A stretch of 64,000 bases of DNA, taken from the NCBI GenBank assembly GCA_964639185.1, contig CAZXCN010000003.1:14059-78058 (forward strand), read 5' to 3'. The stretch's first letter is position 1; each line of letters opens with the position of its first letter. The translations under genes and the position numbers were made by a program. The notes under the pieces were generated by a model, which was not told the DNA's origin, did no database searches, and saw only the letters and a list, made by a program, of their open reading frames with translations. Origin of the DNA: an uncultured Candidatus Saccharibacteria bacterium. GTDB taxonomy: Bacteria > Patescibacteriota > Minisyncoccia > Phycocordibacterales > UBA9973. Of this stretch, positions 49,297-59,145 are shown piece after piece.

Positions 49297-49761
49297 ATGA
49301 AAATATATATAGGGACAGATCATGCGGGGTTTGAGTTGAAGAATAAATTAAAAGTATTCTTAGGTACTTTGAATAGTTCTGGCTACGAGGTGGTAGATAT
49401 GGGGGCAAATAGTTACAACGAAGTTGATGATTATCCAGACTTTATCCGCCCTGTGGCCGAGGCTGTGGTGACCGACGAATTGTCTATCGAGGCGAAAGTT
49501 AAATCATTTGGTATAATCCTTGGAGGAAGTGGCAATGGTGAGGCTATGTGTGCCAACAGGCTAGACGGTGCCCGTGCAGCTGTATACCATGGAGGCAATT
49601 TAGATATTGTAAAGTTTGCTCGTGCACATAACAATGCCAATATATTATCTCTAGGTGCACGCTATGTCAGTGAGGAGGAGGCCATGTATGCTGTACGTGT
49701 ATTTATCGATACAGCATTTACTGGTGAGGCTCGTCATATACGAAGACTAAATAAATTTTAA
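49297..49761 (+). CDS. rpiB: Ribose-5-phosphate isomerase B family
   Basis: DHAG, DDYPD, GGSGNGE, HNNAN, RHIRR. Confidence 0.9.
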   Translation: MKIYIGTDHAGFELKNKLKVFLGTLNSSGYEVVDMGANSYNEVDDYPDFIRPVAEAVVTDELSIEAKVKSFGIILGGSGNGEAMCANRLDGARAAVYHGGNLDIVKFARAHNNANILSLGARYVSEEEAMYAVRVFIDTAFTGEARHIRRLNKF

Positions 49762-49765
49762 AAAA

Positions 49766-50470
49766 ATGAGTAAAATAATCCCAGCTTTAATGCCAGATAA
49801 CTTTATAGATATGCGTCACAAGATGGGGCAGATTCTTGGTGCCGTGCCTGTAGTACAGCTTGATATTATGGATGGCAGATTCGTGCATGATCGTACTTTC
49901 CCATTCAACAGTGGTGACGAAGTAGATATGGCAAAATTAGAGAGCGAGGATGGTGGTATGCCGTATTGGCAAGATGTTGATGTTGAATTGGATCTGATGG
50001 TCCGCTATGCACATAAATCATTCGATAGATTCATGGCTTTTGCTCCAAAGAGGATTATCTATCATATTGAAGCTGAAGCTACAAATGAAAAAGAAATGGA
50101 AGAATTCAAGGAATACTTGGAAGCTATCGATATGTATACTCGCGAGAGTGTTGAATTTGGTATAGCTATTGGTAACGATACTCCTATTGAAAATATTTAC
50201 CCACTTATACCATTCATATCATTTATACAATGCATGGGTATCGCCAATATTGGTTATCAAGGTGAAGCTTTTGACGAGAGGGTAATAGATAGGATAAAAA
50301 CTTTAAAGGAGAAATTTCCTGATATAGAAATAAGTGTAGATGGTTCAGTAAATGAAGATACTATTGAAAGGCTTATCGATGTAGGAGTAGACAGGTTCGT
50401 GATAGGTAGCGCCATATTTTCTGATATGGATCCACGTGGCAAGATAAAGGAATTCCAAAATATGTTATAA
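49766..50470 (+). CDS. rpe: Ribulose-phosphate 3-epimerase-like protein
   Basis: DIMDGRFV, GYQG, SVDG, GSAIF. Confidence 0.82.
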   Translation: MSKIIPALMPDNFIDMRHKMGQILGAVPVVQLDIMDGRFVHDRTFPFNSGDEVDMAKLESEDGGMPYWQDVDVELDLMVRYAHKSFDRFMAFAPKRIIYHIEAEATNEKEMEEFKEYLEAIDMYTRESVEFGIAIGNDTPIENIYPLIPFISFIQCMGIANIGYQGEAFDERVIDRIKTLKEKFPDIEISVDGSVNEDTIERLIDVGVDRFVIGSAIFSDMDPRGKIKEFQNML

Positions 50471-50482
50471 TTAAATTTATAA

Positions 50483-51352
50483 ATGGAAGAATTAAATTCT
50501 GAAAAATTAAAATTTTTACGTATCAAAGCGACAGAAATTCGTGAGAGTATTATAAGTATGTTGCTAGAAGCAAAAAGTGGGCATACTGCTGGACCTCTTG
50601 GTATGACTGATATTTTTACACTGCTTTATTTTCATGCCATGCATCATGACCCAAAGAATACAAATATGAAAGACCGTGATAGGCTTGTTCTTTCGAATGG
50701 TCATATATGTCCAGTACTATATGCTACTATGGCGCATCGAGGGTATTTCCCAATAGAGGAATTGAAAACTTTGCGTAAATTTGGAAGTCGACTACAGGGT
50801 CACCCGCATCGTGAATTTATGCCATGGCTCGATACTTCATCGGGCCCACTTGGTTCAGGATTATCCCAAGCAGTAGGTATGGCTATAGCCGACAGGATGG
50901 ATAATGGTTTAAATGCTCATACTATAATATATGCAATGCTTTCCGACGGTGAACACGACGAAGGTAATTTATGGGAGGCAGTAATACTTGGTGCAAAAGA
51001 AAAATTGGGCAATTTAATAGCAATCATCGATCGTAATAATATTCAGATCGATGGATATACTGAGGATGTTATGCCATTAGGTGACTTGGCAAAGAAATAT
51101 AATCAATTTGGCTGGCACGTTCAGGAGATCAATGGCCATAATATGGAAGACATAAATAATGCTATTAATACTGCAAAGGCTGTGCGTGACAAGCCGTCGG
51201 TAATAGTTGCCCGTACTATCCCCGGTAAAGGAGTAAAGGAATTTGAATATGATTTCCATTGGCACGGCGTAGCTCCGGATCGTGAACAAGCCAATATGGC
51301 ACTTGCTGAATTACGAACATTACAAGGTCAGATAGAAAGCGAACACCAATAG
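50483..51352 (+). CDS. Transketolase N-terminal subunit
   Basis: SGH, DRLVLSNGH, LQGHP, SDGEHDEG, HWHG. Confidence 0.93.
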   Translation: MEELNSEKLKFLRIKATEIRESIISMLLEAKSGHTAGPLGMTDIFTLLYFHAMHHDPKNTNMKDRDRLVLSNGHICPVLYATMAHRGYFPIEELKTLRKFGSRLQGHPHREFMPWLDTSSGPLGSGLSQAVGMAIADRMDNGLNAHTIIYAMLSDGEHDEGNLWEAVILGAKEKLGNLIAIIDRNNIQIDGYTEDVMPLGDLAKKYNQFGWHVQEINGHNMEDINNAINTAKAVRDKPSVIVARTIPGKGVKEFEYDFHWHGVAPDREQANMALAELRTLQGQIESEHQ

Positions 51353-51380
51353 TTCAATAAAAATTCACTACAAGTAATTT

Positions 51381-52367
51381 ATGTTAAATCAATCATTAAA
51401 ATTAAATACAAAGATGTGGAATGAAGATGTTGAGCAGATTCCAATACGCAAAGGTTTTGGCCAAGGTTTGTTGCAGGCAGGTGAGATAGATGCAAATGTT
51501 GTCGCACTTTGTGCTGACTTGACCGAGAGTACTCAAATGCATTTCTTTAAAGAGAGGTTCCCTGAAAGATTCGTGCAGATAGGTGTTGCTGAGCAAAATT
51601 TAGTAACAGTAGCAAGTGGTATGTCGGCCCTCGGCAAGATTCCATTTGTATCTTCATATGCCATGTTTAGCCCAGGCCGTAATTGGGAACAGATCCGGAC
51701 AACTGTCGCATATAATAACAGGAAGGTAGTAATAGTAGGTTCACATGCTGGTATATCAGTAGGGCCTGATGGAGGAACTCATCAAGCTATCGAGGACATA
51801 GCTATTATGCGTGTAATGCCAAATATGATTGTGATATCACCTTGTGATGCTATTGAAGCTCGCAAAGCAACATTGGCATTAGCTAAGAATACCGAGCCTG
51901 CATATTTGCGCCTCGCTCGTGAAAAAACTCCAATAATAACAACAGAAGATACACCTTTTGAAATAGGAAAGGCCGAGACAATATTTATACCTGAAGTTGG
52001 TTTGGCTCAAGTTGGTATCATTGCTACAGGTGCGCTTGTATACAAAGCATTATTGGCAGCAAGGCAATTAGAAAATGAGGGCGTAAAAGTAAAAGTGATG
52101 AACATAGCAACTATCAAGCCTCTTGATCATGAAGCAATAATTGCATTAGCAAAAGAAACAAAAAAGATTGTAACAGTCGAGGAGCATCAGATAGCTGGAG
52201 GGCTCGGTAGTGCTGTGGCAGAATGTCTAGCCGAGAACTATCCAGTAAAGATGAAGTTCATCGGTGTACATGATAAATTTGGTCAGTCTGGAACTCCAGA
52301 TGAACTTTTGAAACATTACAATATGGACACTGTTGATATCGTAGAAGCTTGTAAAAGTTTATTGTAG
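51381..52367 (+). CDS. Transketolase C-terminal subunit
   Basis: GVAEQN, GPDGGTHQ, EEHQ..GGLG. Confidence 0.93.
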   Translation: MLNQSLKLNTKMWNEDVEQIPIRKGFGQGLLQAGEIDANVVALCADLTESTQMHFFKERFPERFVQIGVAEQNLVTVASGMSALGKIPFVSSYAMFSPGRNWEQIRTTVAYNNRKVVIVGSHAGISVGPDGGTHQAIEDIAIMRVMPNMIVISPCDAIEARKATLALAKNTEPAYLRLAREKTPIITTEDTPFEIGKAETIFIPEVGLAQVGIIATGALVYKALLAARQLENEGVKVKVMNIATIKPLDHEAIIALAKETKKIVTVEEHQIAGGLGSAVAECLAENYPVKMKFIGVHDKFGQSGTPDELLKHYNMDTVDIVEACKSLL

Positions 52368-52453
52368 TATCTATACAAAAAATAAAATTTAAATATAAAA
52401 ATAAAAAAGAGCAGTCTGGAAGACTACTCTTTTCTTTAATTGTTTGTGTAAAA

Positions 52454-52702
52454 TTAGGCAAGGATAGAAATACCTTCGAGTTTTTTCTCAAGCCGAGTAG
52501 CTTTTCGATTTAGGGCTTTAAAGGTTTTTTCCAAGAAATTCCACAATGAGCCTGGCTGTGTTCTTGTTTTCCAATATGCTTCGCATATACGGTTGATTTG
52601 TCGAATTTTTTCACTGATAAATGTGTAATCATTCGATAAATTTGTAAATTCTTTGATGTAACTAGGCTCCTTAGGTGCAACAGGATTAAAATCTGTTTTC
52701 AT
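52454..52702 (-). CDS. Small basic orphan protein
   Basis: MKTDFNPVAPKE...; preceded by a consensus promoter, terminator at about 52404-52433. Confidence 0.6.
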   Translation of the reverse strand: MKTDFNPVAPKEPSYIKEFTNLSNDYTFISEKIRQINRICEAYWKTRTQPGSLWNFLEKTFKALNRKATRLEKKLEGISILA

Positions 52703-52737
52703 GATTTTTTTTGTTAAGTGGGACAATTGTTTAAAGA

Positions 52738-52766
52738 ATTATAAACAATTACACATTGTGTGTCAA
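52738..52766 (-). promoter_or_regulatory. Consensus sigma70 promoter
   Basis: Minus-strand TTGACA-17 bp-TATAAT. Confidence 0.8.
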
Positions 52767-52800
52767 CATGGTTTAATTTAGTCTTATCTTATAAGATTAT

Positions 52801-53796
52801 TTAGTTTATCTTACTTATTTTATAATCTTCTGGGGCATTAGCTAGGTGTTCCTCGAGCTTGTCACGGAAAAGTAGTCCTGCCTGAGCACCAACTTTCTGG
52901 ACCACTGACATAGAGTTGATAGGTGCCCAAGTCATAGCCTCAGCCAAACTCTTGCCCATGCAAAGAACTGCTGTGATCGTAGATGAGAATGCATCACCAG
53001 CACCTGTACGTTCAACAGGGTCATGTGGGTATACAGGCATAAAGAATGCGTCAGTTCCATCGTATGCATATGCACCCTTGATACCATCGGTCATGATTAT
53101 TATATTTGGACCCAGATCTTTTAACCCTTGCATGAGTTTGATCTTGTCATGGCCATTTGGAATATCTAATATTCTCTCGGCTTCTTCTACATTACAGAAG
53201 AAGATTTCAGTATTCTTGTAGATATCTTTTAATATTTCAGTACCAAGCTTCATCTGAAATGTTCCAGGTTGGAATGCTAATTTTACATTTGGATGTTCGT
53301 TTAGGTATTGAGCTATTTGCTTGTGGTATTCGGTAGAATTAGAAGCCATTGAAGATAGATATATCCACTTTGGTTCAGGCATGTTCATAGGGAAGGCGTA
53401 CGGGTACTCTTCGTGTTTTACAAGTATTGTGCGTTCTACATCGTACCAAAGTACGTAGTGGAAGTTCGACTTCATGCCTTCGACAGTTGTGACATAGTCA
53501 GTTATGATGTTGTTCTTTTTTAATTCAGCTACATTGTTTACACCTATTTCGTCGCTACCTATATATGTCATGAGGGCAGTGTTCAGGCCAAGGCGTGAAG
53601 CAGACACAGCAGCATTTGGGCTATTGCCGACAGCTACACATAATTCAGCAGATTCATAAGGTACTTTATCGCCAAAGCGGAGTGATAATTTGCAGTGTTC
53701 TTGGTCTAGATCGCAAGTAGCTTCTGCATCCTTTAGTCTAATAAATGGCTCGGTGACTATGTCACCAATTGCTAAAAAGTCAATTTGTTTTTCCAT
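52801..53796 (-). CDS. PfkB family carbohydrate kinase
   Basis: GNSPNAAV..SRLG, NVEE, TDGIKGA, RTGAGDAF. Confidence 0.9.
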   Translation of the reverse strand: MEKQIDFLAIGDIVTEPFIRLKDAEATCDLDQEHCKLSLRFGDKVPYESAELCVAVGNSPNAAVSASRLGLNTALMTYIGSDEIGVNNVAELKKNNIITDYVTTVEGMKSNFHYVLWYDVERTILVKHEEYPYAFPMNMPEPKWIYLSSMASNSTEYHKQIAQYLNEHPNVKLAFQPGTFQMKLGTEILKDIYKNTEIFFCNVEEAERILDIPNGHDKIKLMQGLKDLGPNIIIMTDGIKGAYAYDGTDAFFMPVYPHDPVERTGAGDAFSSTITAVLCMGKSLAEAMTWAPINSMSVVQKVGAQAGLLFRDKLEEHLANAPEDYKISKIN

Positions 53797-53831
53797 AGGT
53801 ACAGTATAACATAGTGTGATATAATTTTGGA

Positions 53832-54833
53832 ATGAACAAAGAAATACTTATAAATACAGTTAGTAAATTAGTAGCGGAACCAAAAGGAATCTTGGCTATA
53901 GATGAAAGTATGCCTACTTGTAATAATCGATTCGAAAAATTGGGAATTCCTACAAATGAAGATAAGCGTAGAGATTATCGTGATTTATTAGTTTCTACTC
54001 CAGGTATTGAAGAATATATATCTGGATACATTACATTTGATGAAACAATGCGTCAAACTACTCATGACGGCATTACATTTCCAGATGTATTGATTAACAA
54101 AGGTATCGAAGTAGGTATTAAGCTCGATGAAGGAACTATCGATTTTGGAGATAAGGGCGAAAAAGTAACTAAAGGACTTGATAATTTATCAATACGTATT
54201 CCTGATTACAAAGATATGGGTGCAAGTTTTGCAAAGTGGCGTGCTGTTATAAATATTGGTGAGGGGTTGCCAACTAGTGAGGCTTTGTATGCAAATGCAC
54301 AAGCACTAGCGAAGTATGCAAAGATTTGTCAGGATAATGATATCGTGCCGATAGTAGAGCCTGAAGTTTTGATTAACGGTACTCACACCATGGAGCGTTG
54401 TTATGAAGTTACAGCTCAGAACTTGGATATTCTTTTTATTGAATTAAATAATGAAGGTGTATACATGCCAGGGGTAATACTGAAGACAAGCATGATACTG
54501 CCAGGTAAGGATAGTGGTATTGTTGCTACACCTGAGCAAGTAGCCGAGATGACAATCAAATGTCTACGTGAACATGTGCCAGCAGATATTGGTGGTATTG
54601 TGTTCCTGTCTGGTGGTCAGAGTGACGAGGATGCAGTGTTGAATCTAAATGCAATGAAGAAGGATGCTGACTTGCCTTGGTTCCTGACATTTTCATACGG
54701 ACGTGCTATTCAGAATAATGCATTACAAGCATGGGCGAAGAATCCTGAGGATATAGCAGGTGCGCAGAATGCATTACTGGAAAGTGCTCGTGCAAATAGC
54801 TTGGCATCTGTTGGTAAATATGAACAAAAATAA
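53832..54833 (+). CDS. fba: Class I fructose-bisphosphate aldolase
   Basis: GILAIDES, FAKWR, PIVEPE, LKTSM, FLSGGQ, TFSYGRA. Confidence 0.93.
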   Translation: MNKEILINTVSKLVAEPKGILAIDESMPTCNNRFEKLGIPTNEDKRRDYRDLLVSTPGIEEYISGYITFDETMRQTTHDGITFPDVLINKGIEVGIKLDEGTIDFGDKGEKVTKGLDNLSIRIPDYKDMGASFAKWRAVINIGEGLPTSEALYANAQALAKYAKICQDNDIVPIVEPEVLINGTHTMERCYEVTAQNLDILFIELNNEGVYMPGVILKTSMILPGKDSGIVATPEQVAEMTIKCLREHVPADIGGIVFLSGGQSDEDAVLNLNAMKKDADLPWFLTFSYGRAIQNNALQAWAKNPEDIAGAQNALLESARANSLASVGKYEQK

Positions 54834-54858
54834 TTCTAATATTAAATAATTAAATTTA

Positions 54859-56622
54859 ATGATATTATCAAACGAGTTAAAAAAAATAATAAAGGGTGAT
54901 GTAGACGATACTGTCGATACACGTACCAAGTATTCACATGACGCGAGTTTACTCGAAGTCATGCCCGAAGTTGTTGTGTACCCAAAGGATTCTATAGATG
55001 TTTGCTCGATCGTAAAGTGGGTAAATGAAAATAAAGATAAATATCCAAATCTATCTATCACAGCACGCTCTGCCGGTACATGTATGTCTGGTGGTGCAAT
55101 AGGTGAGTCTATTATTATGGACTTTACTCGTTATATGAATACTATTGAAAGCGTAAATAAAGTTACACCTTTTAATATTGTTCCGAAATATCCAAATGCA
55201 CATGAGGTAGAGGTGGCAGGTCAGGCGACTGTTATGCCAGGGTGTTATTATCGTGACTTTGAAAAGGTGACATTGGAGAACGGTTTAATACTGCCTTGCT
55301 ACACCGCTTCTAAAAGTATTAATGCTGTGGGTGGTATGGTAGGCAATAATTCTGCGGGTGAGAAGACTTTGCAATATGGTAAAACTGAAGATTATATAAA
55401 AGAGTTAAGTGTAGTTTTTGCTGATGGGTATGAATATATTGTAAAACCTTTAAATAAAAAAGAATTATATGCAAAGATAGCCCAGACTGATTTTGAAGGT
55501 AAAGTATACAAAGATATATTTAACATGATAAAAGAGAATTCTATAACTTTGCGTAATGCAAAGCCAAATGTTAGCAAGAATTCTGCTGGATATTATTTAT
55601 GGAATGTTATGAGTCCTGAACCTACCGCAGGGTATGGTGACGAGCCTATGTTTGACTTAACCAAGTTGATCGTTGGATCACAAGGTACACTCGGTATTGT
55701 TACTCGTATTACTTTCCACCTTACTGCAGTAAAATCAGCTTCAAAGCTCGTTGTCTTATTTATGAAAGACCTAACAAAGCTTGGCGATGTTGTAGATGCA
55801 ATATTACCATTTCAGCCTGAGAGTATCGAGAGCTACGACGACGCCACTATGAAGCTCGCTGTGAAATTCTTCCCTGACTTTTACAAAAAGAAGGGTGCAT
55901 GGGGAATGATCAAATTCATGTGGAGCTTTTGGCCAGAAGTATTTATGATGTTTTCTGGTGGAATACCAAAATTAATATTGCTTGTTGAATTTGCTGGTGA
56001 CAGTGAAGTTGTTATCGATAAACAAGCAAAAGATTTCGCAAAAGAAATAAATAAATTTGGCTTCCCGACACGTGTTACTAATAGTAGTTCTGAGAGTGAA
56101 AAATATTGGGACATAAGGCGTGAGAGTTTTGCTCTATTGCGCAAGCATGTCAAAGACAAGCACACAGCACCATTTATCGATGACATAGTTGTGACTCCAC
56201 AATTACTTCCTAAATTTCTACCAGAATTAAATTCAATTTTAAAAACATATCCAATAACTTATACCATAGCTGGTCATGCAGGAAATGGTAACTTTCATAT
56301 TATTCCATTGATGGATTTTTCTGATCCAAAGACAGCCGACATAATAATCGAGCTTTCAGCTAAAGTTTATGATTTGGTTATTAAATACAAAGGGTCTACA
56401 ACAGCTGAGCATAACGATGGTATTATTCGTACTCCATTCTTGAATCAGATGTTCGGTGATAATGTTACAAAACTTTTTGCCGATACAAAGAATTTATTTG
56501 ATGCAAAAAATATTCTAAATCCAGGTAAAAAGGTTGCATTGGGTAATGGGGGTGCTGGAACTATTGAATACATACGCTCACATATCATTAAAGAAGCTCA
56601 CGAACATAGCCATAAAATATAA
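54859..56622 (+). CDS. FAD-linked oxidase (GlcD/D-lactate dehydrogenase-like)
   Basis: RSAGT, GGMVGNN, GSQGTLG, GHAGNGNFH, AEHNDG, LNPGK. Confidence 0.88.
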   Translation: MILSNELKKIIKGDVDDTVDTRTKYSHDASLLEVMPEVVVYPKDSIDVCSIVKWVNENKDKYPNLSITARSAGTCMSGGAIGESIIMDFTRYMNTIESVNKVTPFNIVPKYPNAHEVEVAGQATVMPGCYYRDFEKVTLENGLILPCYTASKSINAVGGMVGNNSAGEKTLQYGKTEDYIKELSVVFADGYEYIVKPLNKKELYAKIAQTDFEGKVYKDIFNMIKENSITLRNAKPNVSKNSAGYYLWNVMSPEPTAGYGDEPMFDLTKLIVGSQGTLGIVTRITFHLTAVKSASKLVVLFMKDLTKLGDVVDAILPFQPESIESYDDATMKLAVKFFPDFYKKKGAWGMIKFMWSFWPEVFMMFSGGIPKLILLVEFAGDSEVVIDKQAKDFAKEINKFGFPTRVTNSSSESEKYWDIRRESFALLRKHVKDKHTAPFIDDIVVTPQLLPKFLPELNSILKTYPITYTIAGHAGNGNFHIIPLMDFSDPKTADIIIELSAKVYDLVIKYKGSTTAEHNDGIIRTPFLNQMFGDNVTKLFADTKNLFDAKNILNPGKKVALGNGGAGTIEYIRSHIIKEAHEHSHKI

Positions 56623-56715
56623 ATTTTGACAAAACTCATCCCCACAGGTCCGACCTGTGTGGGTATACAGGGGAGGAGTTTGCCTAAATATGGTTTTTAT
56701 GCTAAAGTTGGACCT

Positions 56716-57348
56716 ATGAATAAATTAACCGCAACAAAGCGAAGTAAGGCTGAAAAGCTTGTGACTGTACGAAATAACGGTATGGTTCCTGCTGTAGTCT
56801 ATGGCGCTCACGTGGAGAATACTATAATCTCTGTGCCGAGCGTTGATTTTATAAAAGTTTTTAGGGTGGCTGGTGAATCAAGTCCTGTACAATTAGCTAT
56901 TGATGGTATCAATGTTGATGTACTTATTCACGATGTGCAGATAGATCCTTTAAAGGGTTTTCCATTGCATATAGATTTCCTTGCTGTAGATATGAACAAG
57001 GAAGTAACAGTTTCTATACCACTTGAATTTACAGGTGTTGCCCCTTCTGAAAAAGCTGGATTAGGATCACTTGTAAAAGTTCTGCATGAAGTAGAAGTTA
57101 GTGCACTTCCAAAAGATTTGCCACATACTATAGTTGTAGATATATCAACACTCGTAACACTTGATGATCAGATACATGTGTCTAACATTGTTTTACCAAA
57201 AGGTGTAAAGATGTTAACCAGTGCTGAAGAAGTAGTTGCATTAGTTGCTGTAGCAAAGGAAGAAGTAGAACAAGCTCCTGTAGATCTATCTGCTATTGAA
57301 GTAGAAAAGAAGGGTAAGAAGGAGAGTACTGAAGAAACAGAAAAGTAA
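56716..57348 (+). CDS. rplY: 50S ribosomal protein L25 (CTC type)
   Basis: VPAVVYG, HIDF, CTC C-terminal domain. Confidence 0.92.
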   Translation: MNKLTATKRSKAEKLVTVRNNGMVPAVVYGAHVENTIISVPSVDFIKVFRVAGESSPVQLAIDGINVDVLIHDVQIDPLKGFPLHIDFLAVDMNKEVTVSIPLEFTGVAPSEKAGLGSLVKVLHEVEVSALPKDLPHTIVVDISTLVTLDDQIHVSNIVLPKGVKMLTSAEEVVALVAVAKEEVEQAPVDLSAIEVEKKGKKESTEETEK

Positions 57349-57355
57349 TACATTG

Positions 57356-57399
57356 TATAACATAAAAAACTGCACGAAAGTGCAGTTTTTTATGTTATA
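57356..57399 (+). terminator. Intrinsic terminator overlapping the next -10 box
   Basis: TATAACATAAAAAACTGCAC-GAAA-GTGCAGTTTTTTATGTTATA. Confidence 0.8.
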
Positions 57400-57407
57400 A
57401 TAGAACA

Positions 57408-58760
57408 ATGCGACTAAATAAAAATTTTGTCATTAGTATTTTATTTTCTATTTTTTGCTTGTTAGTTTCTGCGCATGTATCATTTGCCGACCAATTGCAG
57501 GATGCTCAAGCCGATAAAGCTCGTCTACAACAAGAATTATCTAAGCTTGAAACAGAAATAGCGCAAAAACAAAAAGAACTAGATAGCCAAAAAGGGCAAT
57601 CTGTTTCTTTGTCGCGTGATATTACAATACTTACAACCCAGATCAGTAAAGCAAAGCTTGATATTAAATCTAGGAATCTGACTATAACTAAATTGGGTGG
57701 AGAAATAAATCAAAAAAATACAGCAATTCGTTCACTAACCGAAAAAATAGAATTAGAAAAGGAATCTCTAGCACAATTATTGCGTAAAAATAGGGAAATA
57801 GACGATATGTCTATAATGGAATTAATGTTATCAAAGAAAAGTCTAAGCGAGGCTTATGGGGATGTCGATGCATTTGCATCTTTGAGTAAATCTATAAAAA
57901 ATTCTGTAAATAGCATACAAGGTATTCGAACTGAAACAGAGGTGGAGAAGAAATCACTTGAAGTAAAGAAAAATCAGGAGATAGATACAAAAGTTGCGTT
58001 AGAAAATGCAAAAAAAGAAGTTGAAAAAAATGAAGCAAATAAAAAACAACTTCTATCAATAAGTAAAAATAAAGAGTCTGAGTACAATAAATTATTGGCA
58101 GAGAAAGCGAAGCGCCGTGCAGAAATATTGGCAGTACTATTTAATTTGCGTGATACTGGGGCTATTCCATTCGGTAGAGCTTTAGAATATGCGACTTCTG
58201 CAAGTAAAATCACTGGTGTGCGTATTGCTTTTATCCTTGCAATTATTACACAAGAAAGTAATCTAGGTACTGACCAAGGATCTTGCTATCTAACAAATCA
58301 AGAAACAGGTGCTGGTGTAAGTTCACGAAGTGGTAAAGTTTTTCCAAATGTAATGAAGCCAACGCGTGACGTAAAGCCATTTATCGAAATTACTACTGGT
58401 GCAGGGCGTGACCCAGCTAAAACTCTTGTTTCTTGTCCAATAGCATCAGCCGGAACTTCGAGTTGGGGTGGGGCTATGGGGCCTGCTCAATTTATACCTT
58501 CTACTTGGATGGGTATGAAGAAGAAGATATCTGCCGCTCTTGGAAAGACAAATCCAGACCCTTGGAATGCATCAGATGCATTTATGGCTTCAGCACTATT
58601 CCTTAAAGATTTAGGTGGTGTAAATGGTAGTTATACTGCAGAAATAAAGGCTGCTTGTAAATATTATGGTACTGGTGGCACTGCTTGTGCATATGGAAAA
58701 CAAGTTATGGCAAAGGCTACAAAGATTCAAACAACCATGATTGATCCATTGCAAAACTAA
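57408..58760 (+). CDS. Secreted coiled-coil lytic murein transglycosylase
   Basis: Signal peptide, long coiled coil, [19 protein letters not shown]. Confidence 0.85.
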   Translation: MRLNKNFVISILFSIFCLLVSAHVSFADQLQDAQADKARLQQELSKLETEIAQKQKELDSQKGQSVSLSRDITILTTQISKAKLDIKSRNLTITKLGGEINQKNTAIRSLTEKIELEKESLAQLLRKNREIDDMSIMELMLSKKSLSEAYGDVDAFASLSKSIKNSVNSIQGIRTETEVEKKSLEVKKNQEIDTKVALENAKKEVEKNEANKKQLLSISKNKESEYNKLLAEKAKRRAEILAVLFNLRDTGAIPFGRALEYATSASKITGVRIAFILAIITQESNLGTDQGSCYLTNQETGAGVSSRSGKVFPNVMKPTRDVKPFIEITTGAGRDPAKTLVSCPIASAGTSSWGGAMGPAQFIPSTWMGMKKKISAALGKTNPDPWNASDAFMASALFLKDLGGVNGSYTAEIKAACKYYGTGGTACAYGKQVMAKATKIQTTMIDPLQN

Positions 58761-58786
58761 TAAACCTATGCTATTATGGCATTTAT

Positions 58787-59005
58787 ATGAAAAAGGAAAT
58801 TCACCCAAAATATAATACAGCCTCAGAGGTAACTTGCGCATGCGGAGCTTCATTTGCTCTAGGTTCTACAATGGACAAGATTAATGTTGAAATATGTAGT
58901 CAATGTCACCCATTCTATACAGGTAATGAAAAGGTTCTAGATACTGCAGGACGTGTTGACCGCTTCAAGAAGCGTGCAGCTGCAAGTGCAAAAACAAAGA
59001 AATAG
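58787..59005 (+). CDS. rpmE: 50S ribosomal protein L31 (Zn-binding)
   Basis: [21 protein letters not shown]. Confidence 0.97.
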   Translation: MKKEIHPKYNTASEVTCACGASFALGSTMDKINVEICSQCHPFYTGNEKVLDTAGRVDRFKKRAAASAKTKK

Positions 59006-59010
59006 ATATA

Positions 59011-59124
59011 AAAATCCTAAACTAGCTCTCCCCAGAGGGTACGGAAATTTTTTGGTAAAAATTTCCTGAAGTTTGATCGCCGTCGCGCTCAAAACCCCCT
59101 CTGGAAAGACTAGTTTAGGATTTT
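59011..59124. repeat. Nested palindromic element
   Basis: AAAATCCTAAACTAG / CTAGTTTAGGATTTT arms, CCAGAGGG / CCCTCTGG, inner GGAAATTTTT / AAAAATTTCC. Confidence 0.8.
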
Positions 59125-59145
59125 TTTTGTTATAATATTAAAATT

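Noticed and set aside
56626-56715. N-terminal extension of L25
   Set aside because: It spans a palindromic repeat; ATG 56716 has a -10 box at leaderless spacing.
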